A stretch of 64,000 nt of DNA, from the NCBI GenBank assembly GCA_016235455.1, contig JACRKZ010000031.1, forward strand, positions 32,001-96,000. The letters are read 5' to 3'. This DNA is from Armatimonadota bacterium (GTDB lineage Bacteria > Armatimonadota > UBA10988). The translations under genes were made by a program, and so were the position numbers. Of this stretch, positions 7,992 to 17,635 are shown piece after piece; within the stretch, counting starts at the first letter, position 1; each line of letters starts with the position of its first letter. Under the pieces are notes generated by a model. It searched no databases and was not told the origin of the DNA. It was given only the letters and a program-made list of their open reading frames with translations.

Positions 7992-9635
7992 ATGAGCGAA
8001 GAGCGTGACGATCGCGTCGAGACCGCGCAGAACGGCGATGCGTCGATGGAAGAGGCCATGGAATCCATGCCCAGCATGGATGAGCTGATGGCGAGCTACG
8101 AGGGTCCCGAACTCTCGACCGAGCTGCGTGAAGGTGATCTGGTGACGGGTACCGTCGTCCAGATCAACGACAACGGCGTGATGGTCGACGTGGGTACCAA
8201 GTCGGAAGGCTTGATCCCCAAGGGTGAGTTGGAGGCGATCCGCGACCACATCAAGCTCGGCGACCAGATCAAGGTCGTCGTAGTGCGCATGGACTCCGAA
8301 GACGTGGTGCTGAGCAAGCGCCAGGCGGATGTCGAAGCGGCGTGGGAACACATCGTCGACAAGCAGGACAGCGCCGAGATCCTCGAAGCCAAGGTGATTG
8401 ACGCGGTCAAGGGCGGTCTGCTGGTGGACCTGGGCCTCTACGGCCAAGGGTTCGTGCCCGCCTCGCATGTCAGCATCCGGCGACCTCGCAACCTCAACAA
8501 GTACATCGGCCAGACCCTGCAATTGCAGGTCATCGAGGTTGAGCGCAAGCGCCGCCGCGTGGTGCTCTCGCACCGCTTGGTGATGGAGCGCGAGCGCGAA
8601 GCCGAGCGCGATGTGACTCTGGGCAAGCTGCGCGAGGGCCAGGTCCGGCGCGGCGTGGTGCGTCGCATCACCGATTTTGGCGCCTTTGTCGACATCGGCG
8701 GCGTCGACGGCCTGCTGCACGTCAGCGAGCTGTCGTGGAAGCGTGTTGGCAGCCCGCAGGAAGAGCTGCGCGTCGGCGATCCGCTCGAGGTCATGGTCCT
8801 CAAGCTGAACGTGGACGAGGGGCGCATCTCCCTGGGCCGCCGCCAGTTGCTGGCCGACCCGTGGCGCGAGATTCCCAAGCTGTACCGCGAAGGCCAGACG
8901 GTCCGCGGTTCGGTCATCAAGTTCGTCTCCGGCGGCACCCGAGCCGTCGTCAAGCTGCCCGTCGGCCTCGAGGTCGTCGTGGAGCTGCCCGACGAGCTGC
9001 GGCCGGTGGCCGCCCCGAGCGTCGAAGAGGCGCCCGTGGCCGAGGCCGTCGAGGTCGTGGTGGAGCCGGCGGCAGCCCCTGAGGCTGTCGAAGGCGCCGA
9101 GGCCGTGGCGACGGAAGTCGTCGAACCGGTCGAGGGCGCCGAGGTCGAGGCTGCCGCGGTTGAGGCCGTGGTGGAAGTCGTGGCCGAAGCCGAAGTGGCT
9201 GTCGAAGTCGAGGCCGAACCCGAAGCCAAGGGCTTGGCCGTGGGCAGCGAAGTCGAGTTGCGCATCGAGCGCATCAGCCTCGGCGAGCGCGACCTGCAGG
9301 CCTCCGTGGCTGGTACGCGCGCCATTGGCGAGCGCGGCCCCGGCCGGCTCTCCGAAGGCGAGCGCGGGGCGGCCCGCGGTCCTCTGGCCCGCGGTCGCTA
9401 CAGCGACCGCCGCGAAGAGGAAGGCGACGCCAGCAACGAGCAGCGAGCGCCGCGTGAGCGCCGTGACCGCCGCCGCGAACGCGATGGCGACCGCGACCGC
9501 GAATCGATGCCGCTTGAGCACAGCACCACGGCGCCGGCGCGGCGTACGCTGGGCGACCTCATGGGCGACAAGCTGCGGTCGCTGTTCGACAGTGGCGAGG
9601 AATCGTCGGAAAAGGCGAGCGGCGAGGAGGAGTAA
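7992..9635 (+). CDS. rpsA: 30S ribosomal protein S1 (four S1 domains, fourth with an acidic insertion)
   Basis: VDVGTKSEGLIP, VKGGLLVDLG..GFVPAS, ITDFGAFVDIGGVDGLLHVSELSW; C-terminal TLGDLMGDKL tail typical of short S1 proteins. Confidence 0.9.
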   Translation: MSEERDDRVETAQNGDASMEEAMESMPSMDELMASYEGPELSTELREGDLVTGTVVQINDNGVMVDVGTKSEGLIPKGELEAIRDHIKLGDQIKVVVVRMDSEDVVLSKRQADVEAAWEHIVDKQDSAEILEAKVIDAVKGGLLVDLGLYGQGFVPASHVSIRRPRNLNKYIGQTLQLQVIEVERKRRRVVLSHRLVMEREREAERDVTLGKLREGQVRRGVVRRITDFGAFVDIGGVDGLLHVSELSWKRVGSPQEELRVGDPLEVMVLKLNVDEGRISLGRRQLLADPWREIPKLYREGQTVRGSVIKFVSGGTRAVVKLPVGLEVVVELPDELRPVAAPSVEEAPVAEAVEVVVEPAAAPEAVEGAEAVATEVVEPVEGAEVEAAAVEAVVEVVAEAEVAVEVEAEPEAKGLAVGSEVELRIERISLGERDLQASVAGTRAIGERGPGRLSEGERGAARGPLARGRYSDRREEEGDASNEQRAPRERRDRRRERDGDRDRESMPLEHSTTAPARRTLGDLMGDKLRSLFDSGEESSEKASGEEE

Positions 9636-9754
9636 GACTGCAGCCGCCGAACCCCATACTCCAGCGGGAGTTCGGGGACGGATGGCAATTACCGCAGTCC
9701 CGACCCTTTCTCGTTCGTCGTGTGTCTAACGGTCGGCGGGTGTGCCGGCCTCGG

Positions 9755-9784
9755 CGCCGGAGTCCGGATTTCCGGACACCGGCG
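9755..9784. repeat. GC-rich hairpin / inverted repeat between rpsA and the surface-protein locus
   Basis: CGCCGG-A-GTCCGGA-TT-TCCGGAC-A-CCGGCG with no U-tract. Confidence 0.4.
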
Positions 9785-10022
9785 TCGACCCGTTGAGGGG
9801 CTCGGTGTGAGCTCCTGAGGGAAATTGGCGTTTACGGGGCTCGTGAGTCGGGAATATGCACAATCAGTATAGGTACTCCTCGTTGAGCGCCTGGGGCCTC
9901 TCCGTGGCCCGCGACCGGTCTGCTCCCCCCTGGGCCGTCGCTGCCGCGGGTGTGCATTGTCTTGAGACCAAGACGACCCGACTCGAACACGCCCACAGCC
10001 GGACGGACAAGGGAGATCGGCC

Positions 10023-13000
10023 ATGCGTGTGAGGCGATCGAGCCTGGGTTGGAGCGTTCTGCTCCTGGTGTCGCTGGTGACGGCCGTCGCCGCGAAGACG
10101 TCGCATGAGTTCGTGGGGGCCCAGGGCCCGGCGTTCATGCGGGCGCAACTGCGCCAGGCCGGCTCTCGGCAGGTGGCGCCCACGGCCGACCACAACATCA
10201 CCCAGAGTGCCTCGGACAACATCGATCCCGTGTGGTCGCCCGACGGTACCCGTGTGGCCTTCGCCTCCAACCGCGCCGGCAGTTACGATATCTACATCGC
10301 TCGCTCGGACGGCTCGAATCCCGACACCGGCGCGCTGCTGACCCCCAAGCTGATCTCTGGCGTGGCCGGGGACGAGCGCTATCCCGCCTGGAACCCTGGT
10401 GGCCTGGACTTGGCCTACGTGCGCGGCAATGCCATCTACGTGCGCAACCTGCGCACCATGGCCGAGATCCAGCTGATCGACCAGCTCACCAACATCCAAG
10501 GCCTGACCTACAGCCCGGATGGTTCGCGCCTGGTCTTCTCCGCCCGCCTGGCCGGTGACTCCGATCTCAACCTGTACTGGGTGACCACTGACCCGCAATC
10601 CACCGACCCGGCCACCGGCAAGCCCCAGATGGTGCAGATCACCAATGCGGCGGGCAACGAAGTTCAGCCGAGCTGGTTCCCGAACTCCGACGCCGCGGAC
10701 GGGCGCCAAGTCATCTTCTCGTCGAACGCCAACGGCGACTACGACTTGTACCGCGTGACGCCGCCGACGGTCGGTGGTGCGCCGGTCGCCCTCACCGCGG
10801 CCAACCGCGTGCTGGGCAATGGCGGTGACGGTGACCAGTCGTATCCCTCTTGGGTGCGACCGGGCGGCTCTCGCGACGCCAGCTACGACCAGCCCTACTA
10901 CCTGCTGTATGCGGACAACGGCAACGGCAACTACGATCTGCGGGTCGTCGACGCCGACCTCGTGCCCGCGTCGGCGGTCGTGTACCAGGGCGCCGGCGAC
11001 CAGATTCAGCCGGTCGCATGCCCCATCCAGGACACAACCCACAATGCCTGCGTCTATTCGGGCAAGAAGACCGGCATCACCACGAACCAGCTGTTCGTGA
11101 TCGACATCTTCGACAACTCAGCGCCAATTCTGGGCGACGGCATCACCACCTCGCTGCCGTCGGTGAGCCCGCAACGCGGCTTCCCCGGCTCGACGGTCAC
11201 CATCACGGCCAAGGTCTACGACAAGGGCAGTGGCGTGGCTCCGGCGCCGATCGACTATGACGGCGACACCATCCCGGACTCTGGCGTGTGGGCCATCGTG
11301 CGCGTCGCTGACCGCCCGGTCTTCGCCAGGTGGACGACGGGCAGCACGGAAGTCCAGCCCAACCACATCAGCAACACCGTCTGGGCGCACGTTTCGAACA
11401 ACCAGATCGAGACCGACCAGGAGATTGTGGACATCCCGACCACCAGGCTGTCGGGGAACCTGACCACGGTACAGCCCAACGACCCCACCGAACTCGGGGC
11501 GGCCATCACTGGCCCGGGTGTCGCCTACCGTTTCACCACGCTGGATGCCATGTCCTTTGTGAACCGCGTCGGCCTGCCGTTGCGGGACGACGGTACGCAA
11601 GGCGACGCGGTGGCTGGGGATGGCATCTACACCGGCACCTGGCTGACCCCGGCGGAATCCCACGACTACTATGTGGACGTCGTGCCGGTCGATACCCGGG
11701 GCAACGCACCGGTGGACCCCGATCTGGGCATGGACGGTCTCGGCCGCACGAACCCGCTCGAAACCACATACCGCTACCCCGATGGTATTGCGACCTGCAT
11801 GGGGCCGTGGGCCATCGGCTATGACCACGTGGCGGGTTTCACCACTCGGCAACTGGACATCACGCGCAAGATTCTGCTCGTCAGCGACTACGGCTGCGGC
11901 CAGAAGTTCCAGGCCGCGGACTTCGCCACGACCGCCTCCGCGGCGCTGAGCCGCTACTGGCCGGTCGCGCTGCCAACAGAACACTATTGGTTCACCGATG
12001 ATGACGTGGCCGGCGCTGAGTCGATGACCGCCGCGCCGGTGATCACCTTCGGCAGCGGGGTCTCGGGCGTGCAGCGCACCATCGGCCCGAACCCCACGGT
12101 TTCAGCCGGCACACAAGTGCCAGACGGCCCCTGGTCGTGCGGCCCCTTCGCCCAGCTCAACGGCGGCGGCCAGCCCTTCGGCGGGCCGCAGGACGTTGAC
12201 CAGGTCGCCATCTGGCGGGTGCTCTGCCGCGGCCCGCTGGACGCTGGCACGCTCAACGCCTATACGCCAGCTCCGCTGGCCGCCGTTGAGGGCAGTCCCG
12301 TCCCGGCTCAGAACGGCGACCATATGGTCGTCTTCTCCAGCCCCTACACCGGCGATGTCTACGCGCAGCCAGGGACGCTCCTCGACGCCTCGACGCAAGC
12401 GCTGCTGCGTTCCTTCGTGGCCGCCGGCGGGCGCTTGGTCGTCAGCGGCATGGACATCGCCTGGGCGCTGACCAAGAACGGCACGCAGGCGAGTCCGTTC
12501 CTGCAGGATGTGCTCAAGGCGACGTTCATCTCGGATGCCACCCCGGGCGCGGTCAACTCACCGATCAGCGGCTATGACTCGGGCCGCACCCGCATGACAC
12601 CCCCGGATGCGCAGGGCGGCGTCGAGCCGCAGCTCTTCCAGTTCGGCGGCAGTCCGGTCGCTGCATCCATGACCGGGCGTCCGATGAACGCGGACGGGGG
12701 CGTCCCCGGCAACCTGGCCCTGCTGCGGATCAACGGCGGCGGCGACACACAGGGCGGCTGGCCTTTCTCGGGCGACGGCTGCCCGAACGCGTTCTTCATT
12801 GACAATGTCAGCCCCACTGGTGGCGGCCTGTCCACCTTTGACTACGCCGGCGGAGACGGCTCGGCCGCGGTCCGTTACATCGACCCGACAACCGGCTCGC
12901 GCGTGGTCTACTTCGCCTTCGGCCTGGAGTCGCTGCGGGCGGACTTCATCCTCCACGACCACAACCCCGCCCCCTACGTCGTCCATGGCATGGAGCATCG

Positions 13001-15452
13001 GGTCCGCCTGATGACCAACCTGAGCGACTACCTGCGCACGGGTGGCCTGCGCGGCAAGGTGGTCGACACGGACTCCTTGACCCCCATGGCCGGCATCACG
13101 GTCATCGCGCGCCGCGGCACGGGCACCAACGGCACCATCATGGGCCGGACCACCACGCTGTCCGACGGCACGTACCTCCTGGAAGGCCTGACGGTCGGCG
13201 ACTACGCGCTGTTCGTCCAGTCGGCGGAGTACACCGCCGACCACCGTCCGGTGCAGCGCGTCTACGGCGGCCAGGTCAGCCAGAACTCCGACCTGACCAT
13301 GCGCCTGCTGCGCTTTGAAACCTCCGCGCTGTACGGCACGGTGACCGGCCCGACCGGCACACCGGTGTCCGGCGCCACGGTCATTGCGTCGCTGGCCACG
13401 GCCGGCGCCAACCCGATGCAGGTGAGCACCACCACCGACACGGTCGGACAATACTCGTTGTCCGTGCCCAGCGGCACCTACACGCTGACCGCCAGCGCGG
13501 CGGGCTTCGCCTCGGCCACGCGCACCGACATCATCGTCGTGGCCGGCGCCGACCAGAAGCAGGACCTGCAACTCACGGCTTCACCGGGCGTGCTCACGGG
13601 CACGATCACCGGTAACGGCGCCGGTGTGGGCGGCGCCACCGTGGTGGCGACCAGCGGGGGCGTGACGGTCGGCAGCACCACCACCGCGGCGGATGGCACC
13701 TACACCATGTCCATCGCCGCCGGCACCTATGATCTGGTGGTCACGGCGCCCGGCTATCAGCAGGGCCGTAAGGCGGCCGTTGTGGTCACCAGCAGCGCCA
13801 CGACCACGGCCAATCTGGCCCTGACGGCGGTGGCGCCCGGCAGCATTGCCGGCCTGATCACCGTCCAGGGCTCCAACCAGGCGGTGGGCGGTGTCACGGT
13901 GTCCCTGCTGGCGGGCGGCGCGACGGTGCGCAGCACCACATCGGCTAGCACCACGACCACGCAGGGCGGCGTTACCTACAACTGGAAGATCGACGACGTG
14001 CCGGCCGGTCTATACGACGTGCGGGTGCAGGCGCCGGGCTACAACGCCCAGACCACCACGTCGGTGACGGTGACCAGCAACCAGTTGACGTCGGGCATCG
14101 ACTTCACGCTGCAGCCGCTGCACGTGTTCATCTCGTCGCTGTCCATGGCCTCGACGCCGTTCGACTACAGCACCTCGGCGCCCGACGCGCAGACGCTGAT
14201 CGACGACGACAACAATGCGGCCACCCCGCTCAAGATGGCGGCCTACAACACCGCCACGGCGGCCTACGCGTACTATCCGAACGCACCGGGCAGGACCTTC
14301 ACGCTGGGTCGCGGCTACTTCCTGAAGCTGGCCAACAACGCGGCACTGACCCGCGAAGGCGTCCGCGCGGCGACCACGGGCAGCGGCTACGATGTGCCTC
14401 TGCTCAACGGCTGGAACCTGATCGGCGCCGTCTACGAGTTCCCGGTTGATCTGTTCTCCTGCCAGGTGATCCTGGAGGTGAACGGTGCCGGCTCGACGGT
14501 CTACTCCTTCCAGGAGGCCGTGGCTCGCGGTCTGGTCGGTGGATCCATGTACACGCTGAACTTCGGTGTGTACCAGCAGGTCTACCGCTTCGACCCGTAT
14601 ACGGGCTACTGGCTGCGCGGCTACGTGCCGTCGGCGGCCACGACGCTCAAGCTGCGCGTCCCGCCGACGCCGCTGGGTGGTTCGTCCAACCGCGGCCGGA
14701 GCGCCGCGACGCCCACCGACTGGAAGGCGAGCATCGTCGCCAAGACCACGGACGGCGTGGCCTCACAGGCCACCTTCGGCGTGGGCGGCAACTCGGCTAC
14801 GGTGTACGACGGCGCGGACCGAGCCCAACCGCCGGCGCCGCCCGTGGCTGCTCAGTGGCTGGAGCTGGGCTTCCCGCACGCGGACTGGGGTCGCTACTCG
14901 GGGTCGTACCAGAGCGACATCCGTAGCGCGAGCCGCAGCCTGCGCTGGGAACTGGAGCTCAAGGGCGCCAAGCCGGGCCAGATGGTCAGCCTGAGCTGGC
15001 CGGAGCTGGGCGCCAACATACCGGGCAACCTGAGGGTCATCCTGGAGGACCTGCAGACGGGTGTGCGGCGCTCGCTGCGCCACACCAGCGGCTACACGGT
15101 CCGCGCCGACGGTAGTGCGCGGCGGCTGGCCATCATCGTCGAGCCGGCGGACAACCGCCCGGCGGTGACATCGCTGGCCTACACGGCGAGCCGCGCCGTG
15201 GGCGGCCAGGTGCACTTTACGCTCACCGCGGACCTGACTACCAACGTGGTGGTGCGTGGTCTGAACGGTGCGCTGGTCAAGACGCTGCTGCGCGATGAGG
15301 TGCTGACCGCCGGGCCCCAAGTGGTGGTCTGGGACGGCACCGACGACAGCGGCCGCGTGGCCCCCGACGGCACGTATCGACTCGAAGTGGTCGCCGTGGG
15401 CGACACGGGTGAGCAGGTACGGGCCACGACAACGGTTCGACAGCAGCGCTGA
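10023..15452 (+). CDS. 1809-aa secreted multidomain surface protein: PD40/TolB-like beta-propeller, choice-of-anchor X-like motif, carboxypeptidase-regulatory-like beta-sandwich repeats, C-terminal FlgD-Ig (CTD-like) module
   Basis: Signal peptide; DPVWSPDGTRVAFASNR repeats; LRDDGTQGDAVAGDGIYTG; four GxVxG...TxxDGxY...GxYxLxxxAPGY repeats; terminal WDGTDDSGRVAPDGTY. GGGAGA RBS. Confidence 0.8.
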   Translation: MRVRRSSLGWSVLLLVSLVTAVAAKTSHEFVGAQGPAFMRAQLRQAGSRQVAPTADHNITQSASDNIDPVWSPDGTRVAFASNRAGSYDIYIARSDGSNPDTGALLTPKLISGVAGDERYPAWNPGGLDLAYVRGNAIYVRNLRTMAEIQLIDQLTNIQGLTYSPDGSRLVFSARLAGDSDLNLYWVTTDPQSTDPATGKPQMVQITNAAGNEVQPSWFPNSDAADGRQVIFSSNANGDYDLYRVTPPTVGGAPVALTAANRVLGNGGDGDQSYPSWVRPGGSRDASYDQPYYLLYADNGNGNYDLRVVDADLVPASAVVYQGAGDQIQPVACPIQDTTHNACVYSGKKTGITTNQLFVIDIFDNSAPILGDGITTSLPSVSPQRGFPGSTVTITAKVYDKGSGVAPAPIDYDGDTIPDSGVWAIVRVADRPVFARWTTGSTEVQPNHISNTVWAHVSNNQIETDQEIVDIPTTRLSGNLTTVQPNDPTELGAAITGPGVAYRFTTLDAMSFVNRVGLPLRDDGTQGDAVAGDGIYTGTWLTPAESHDYYVDVVPVDTRGNAPVDPDLGMDGLGRTNPLETTYRYPDGIATCMGPWAIGYDHVAGFTTRQLDITRKILLVSDYGCGQKFQAADFATTASAALSRYWPVALPTEHYWFTDDDVAGAESMTAAPVITFGSGVSGVQRTIGPNPTVSAGTQVPDGPWSCGPFAQLNGGGQPFGGPQDVDQVAIWRVLCRGPLDAGTLNAYTPAPLAAVEGSPVPAQNGDHMVVFSSPYTGDVYAQPGTLLDASTQALLRSFVAAGGRLVVSGMDIAWALTKNGTQASPFLQDVLKATFISDATPGAVNSPISGYDSGRTRMTPPDAQGGVEPQLFQFGGSPVAASMTGRPMNADGGVPGNLALLRINGGGDTQGGWPFSGDGCPNAFFIDNVSPTGGGLSTFDYAGGDGSAAVRYIDPTTGSRVVYFAFGLESLRADFILHDHNPAPYVVHGMEHRVRLMTNLSDYLRTGGLRGKVVDTDSLTPMAGITVIARRGTGTNGTIMGRTTTLSDGTYLLEGLTVGDYALFVQSAEYTADHRPVQRVYGGQVSQNSDLTMRLLRFETSALYGTVTGPTGTPVSGATVIASLATAGANPMQVSTTTDTVGQYSLSVPSGTYTLTASAAGFASATRTDIIVVAGADQKQDLQLTASPGVLTGTITGNGAGVGGATVVATSGGVTVGSTTTAADGTYTMSIAAGTYDLVVTAPGYQQGRKAAVVVTSSATTTANLALTAVAPGSIAGLITVQGSNQAVGGVTVSLLAGGATVRSTTSASTTTTQGGVTYNWKIDDVPAGLYDVRVQAPGYNAQTTTSVTVTSNQLTSGIDFTLQPLHVFISSLSMASTPFDYSTSAPDAQTLIDDDNNAATPLKMAAYNTATAAYAYYPNAPGRTFTLGRGYFLKLANNAALTREGVRAATTGSGYDVPLLNGWNLIGAVYEFPVDLFSCQVILEVNGAGSTVYSFQEAVARGLVGGSMYTLNFGVYQQVYRFDPYTGYWLRGYVPSAATTLKLRVPPTPLGGSSNRGRSAATPTDWKASIVAKTTDGVASQATFGVGGNSATVYDGADRAQPPAPPVAAQWLELGFPHADWGRYSGSYQSDIRSASRSLRWELELKGAKPGQMVSLSWPELGANIPGNLRVILEDLQTGVRRSLRHTSGYTVRADGSARRLAIIVEPADNRPAVTSLAYTASRAVGGQVHFTLTADLTTNVVVRGLNGALVKTLLRDEVLTAGPQVVVWDGTDDSGRVAPDGTYRLEVVAVGDTGEQVRATTTVRQQR

Positions 15453-15542
15453 CGCGCTGCCTGAAGGAAGCGAGCCGGGCCTGCCGAAATGGCTGGCGCG
15501 GGTCGCGGCGGAAGACTGAGCGAAGCTGCGAGGGAGTCTGAC

Positions 15543-17603
15543 ATGAGACTGGTCAAGCGATTGCGGCGGCATCCGCTGACTCGCCCACTGGCGTGGGCGG
15601 TGCAGCTTGCGCTGCTGGCAAGCACCGGCGTGCTGGCGCCGCCGGCGGCGGCACAGGATATCGAGGCGAAGCGCGCGGTAGTGCTGGACTTCGGCAACCT
15701 GGCCACGGCCTCGCCGTTGGCTGGCGACGAGGCGGCCGCAGCCTTGAGCTTGGCTCTGGTGCAGCGTCGCTACGAAGTCACGCCGCGCAGTGAGGTGCAA
15801 ACGCGCCTCAAGGCGATTGGCGTGCGCGCGCCGTTCGAGCCTGACGAGATCAAGCTCATCAAGAACGACCTCGACATTCGCGACCTGTACTCCGGCAGCG
15901 TGATCAGCGTGGACGAGAAGATCGGCGCCAAGTCCTCGGTCGAAGTGCTGCTGCGCGTCGAAGTCTACGACGGCGACACCGGCGACATGGTCAACGGTGG
16001 CTACGGCAAGGGCTTCGAGGTGCTGAACAGCGCCAACATCGCCGACCGTGAAGCTGGTTTGGCCAGCGCCATCGAGCGCGCCGTCGCGCAGGCCTTGACC
16101 CGCATCGATGCCCGCACCCTGATCCACGCCGCGGTCATGTCCTACGCCCCGCCGAACCGCGTGCTGATCAACAAGGGTCGCAAGCAAGGCGTGCTGGAAG
16201 GCATGGAGTTCAACGTCTTCCGCACCAAGGCCGATCCCGAAAACCCGAACCGCTCCCTCACGGTGAAGGTCGGCCGCGTCCGGGTGCATGAGGCGTCGAA
16301 CGACGATGCCACGGCCTCGGTCATCGAGATGACCCAGGGCATCAATACGCACGACGAGTTGCGCGAGGTCTTCCGCCTGCCGTCCATCTCCGCCAGTCAG
16401 GCGCAGTCAGGCAACCTGCCTGACCTGGGTCGGGCTCCGGCGCGCGGTGGCGCGGGCAACGGTGCGTGGCTAGCGCCCGTGGCTGGCGTCGTGGCCGGCA
16501 TCGGCCTGCTCGGCCTGCTAGTCGTGTTGGCCGGCACTTCGACCAGTGACTCGCCGTCGGCGCAGGCCACCGGGGCTTACCTCCGCCAGGCCGCGCCGGG
16601 CCAGAACCCGTCCGTGGAGGTGGCCTGGGGCGATCGCAACTACGCGCCGCCCAAGCGCTTCATTGGCGGCTACCTGCTGTACCGTGGCATCTCGCAGTCG
16701 TTCGCGGCGCTGACCGGCGACGCGGTGGGAGCGGTGCCTGGCGCCAACCAGCGCAAGTGGGCGGACGACCCGACCTGGGTGGACGTGACCACCACGATTC
16801 CGCTGCGCTACGAGCGCATCACCGCCACAGACGTGGAAGTGGTTGAGACGACGCTGGATGTGCGCATCGTGCACCAATCGCCGCAGCCGGGCAAGACCTA
16901 CTACTACAAGGTCCGGCGCCTCGGTCCGCCGATGGCGGCGACGGCACCGACCGTGTTCGCGCGCACCGCGACGGGTGGCAACCTGTCGTCACGGCTGAAC
17001 AGCCGCTCGGCGCAGATGCGCCAGGCCTCCGCCGGTCGCGTGCTGCGCAGTGGTGGCAACGTGCACATCTCGCGCGTTGGCCTGCCCATGATCACCCATC
17101 GCCAGGTGACCAGCATCGATCCGGGCGCGAACTACGACGCGACGCTCGACCCCACCGTCGACAATGACATCGTCATCGACACCGACATGGGTCTGTCCGA
17201 CGCGACGGTGGCCATGGGCCCGGTGACCTACATGGTGCCGCCGGACCTGTTGGCGCCGTCGAACAACAACATGGCCCAGCGCGTGGACGACATCGGCTTC
17301 TCGTGGCAGGGCGTTCTGGGCGCCACGCAGTACGTCGTGCAGATCGCCACGGATGCCGACTTCTCGGCCTTGGCGTTCTCCAGCGCGGCGATCGCGACGA
17401 CCTCCACCGGGCAGTTGTCGTTCCGCTACGACAGCACGGCGGCGGGCTACCGCGCGCTGGCGGCGAACACACAGTACTTCTGGCGAGTAGGCGCGAAGTC
17501 CACCTTCGGCGGTCAGCGGGCGCCCGAGCCCAACGGCTTCGTCTTCAGCCAGGTCTATACGTTCCAGACCGCGGACCAGCCGCCCAGCAACCCGCGCCGC
17601 TGA
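15543..17603 (+). CDS. secreted protein with CsgG/TolB-N-like alpha/beta domain, FlgT-C-like domain, internal hydrophobic helix and Fn3-like domains
   Basis: Signal peptide ending AAA|Q; AVVLDFGN...YEVTPRSEV; VLINKGRKQGVLEGMEFNVFR...KVGRVRV (FlgT C-terminal-like); helix AWLAPVAGVVAGIGLLGLLVVLAG; GYLLYRG, YYYKVR, FSWQGV..YVVQIATD..F, YFWRVGA. AGGGAG RBS. Confidence 0.65.
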   Translation: MRLVKRLRRHPLTRPLAWAVQLALLASTGVLAPPAAAQDIEAKRAVVLDFGNLATASPLAGDEAAAALSLALVQRRYEVTPRSEVQTRLKAIGVRAPFEPDEIKLIKNDLDIRDLYSGSVISVDEKIGAKSSVEVLLRVEVYDGDTGDMVNGGYGKGFEVLNSANIADREAGLASAIERAVAQALTRIDARTLIHAAVMSYAPPNRVLINKGRKQGVLEGMEFNVFRTKADPENPNRSLTVKVGRVRVHEASNDDATASVIEMTQGINTHDELREVFRLPSISASQAQSGNLPDLGRAPARGGAGNGAWLAPVAGVVAGIGLLGLLVVLAGTSTSDSPSAQATGAYLRQAAPGQNPSVEVAWGDRNYAPPKRFIGGYLLYRGISQSFAALTGDAVGAVPGANQRKWADDPTWVDVTTTIPLRYERITATDVEVVETTLDVRIVHQSPQPGKTYYYKVRRLGPPMAATAPTVFARTATGGNLSSRLNSRSAQMRQASAGRVLRSGGNVHISRVGLPMITHRQVTSIDPGANYDATLDPTVDNDIVIDTDMGLSDATVAMGPVTYMVPPDLLAPSNNNMAQRVDDIGFSWQGVLGATQYVVQIATDADFSALAFSSAAIATTSTGQLSFRYDSTAAGYRALAANTQYFWRVGAKSTFGGQRAPEPNGFVFSQVYTFQTADQPPSNPRR

Positions 17604-17635
17604 GGACTGTCTAGGGCTTGGAGAGGAGCGCAGGC

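Noticed and set aside
7797-9521. 574-aa minus-strand ORF
   Set aside because: Antisense shadow of rpsA.
9950-9980. GTCTTG-AGAC-CAAGAC inverted repeat upstream of the surface locus
   Set aside because: Only 6-bp arms, a single occurrence and no linked regulator; too weak to call an operator.
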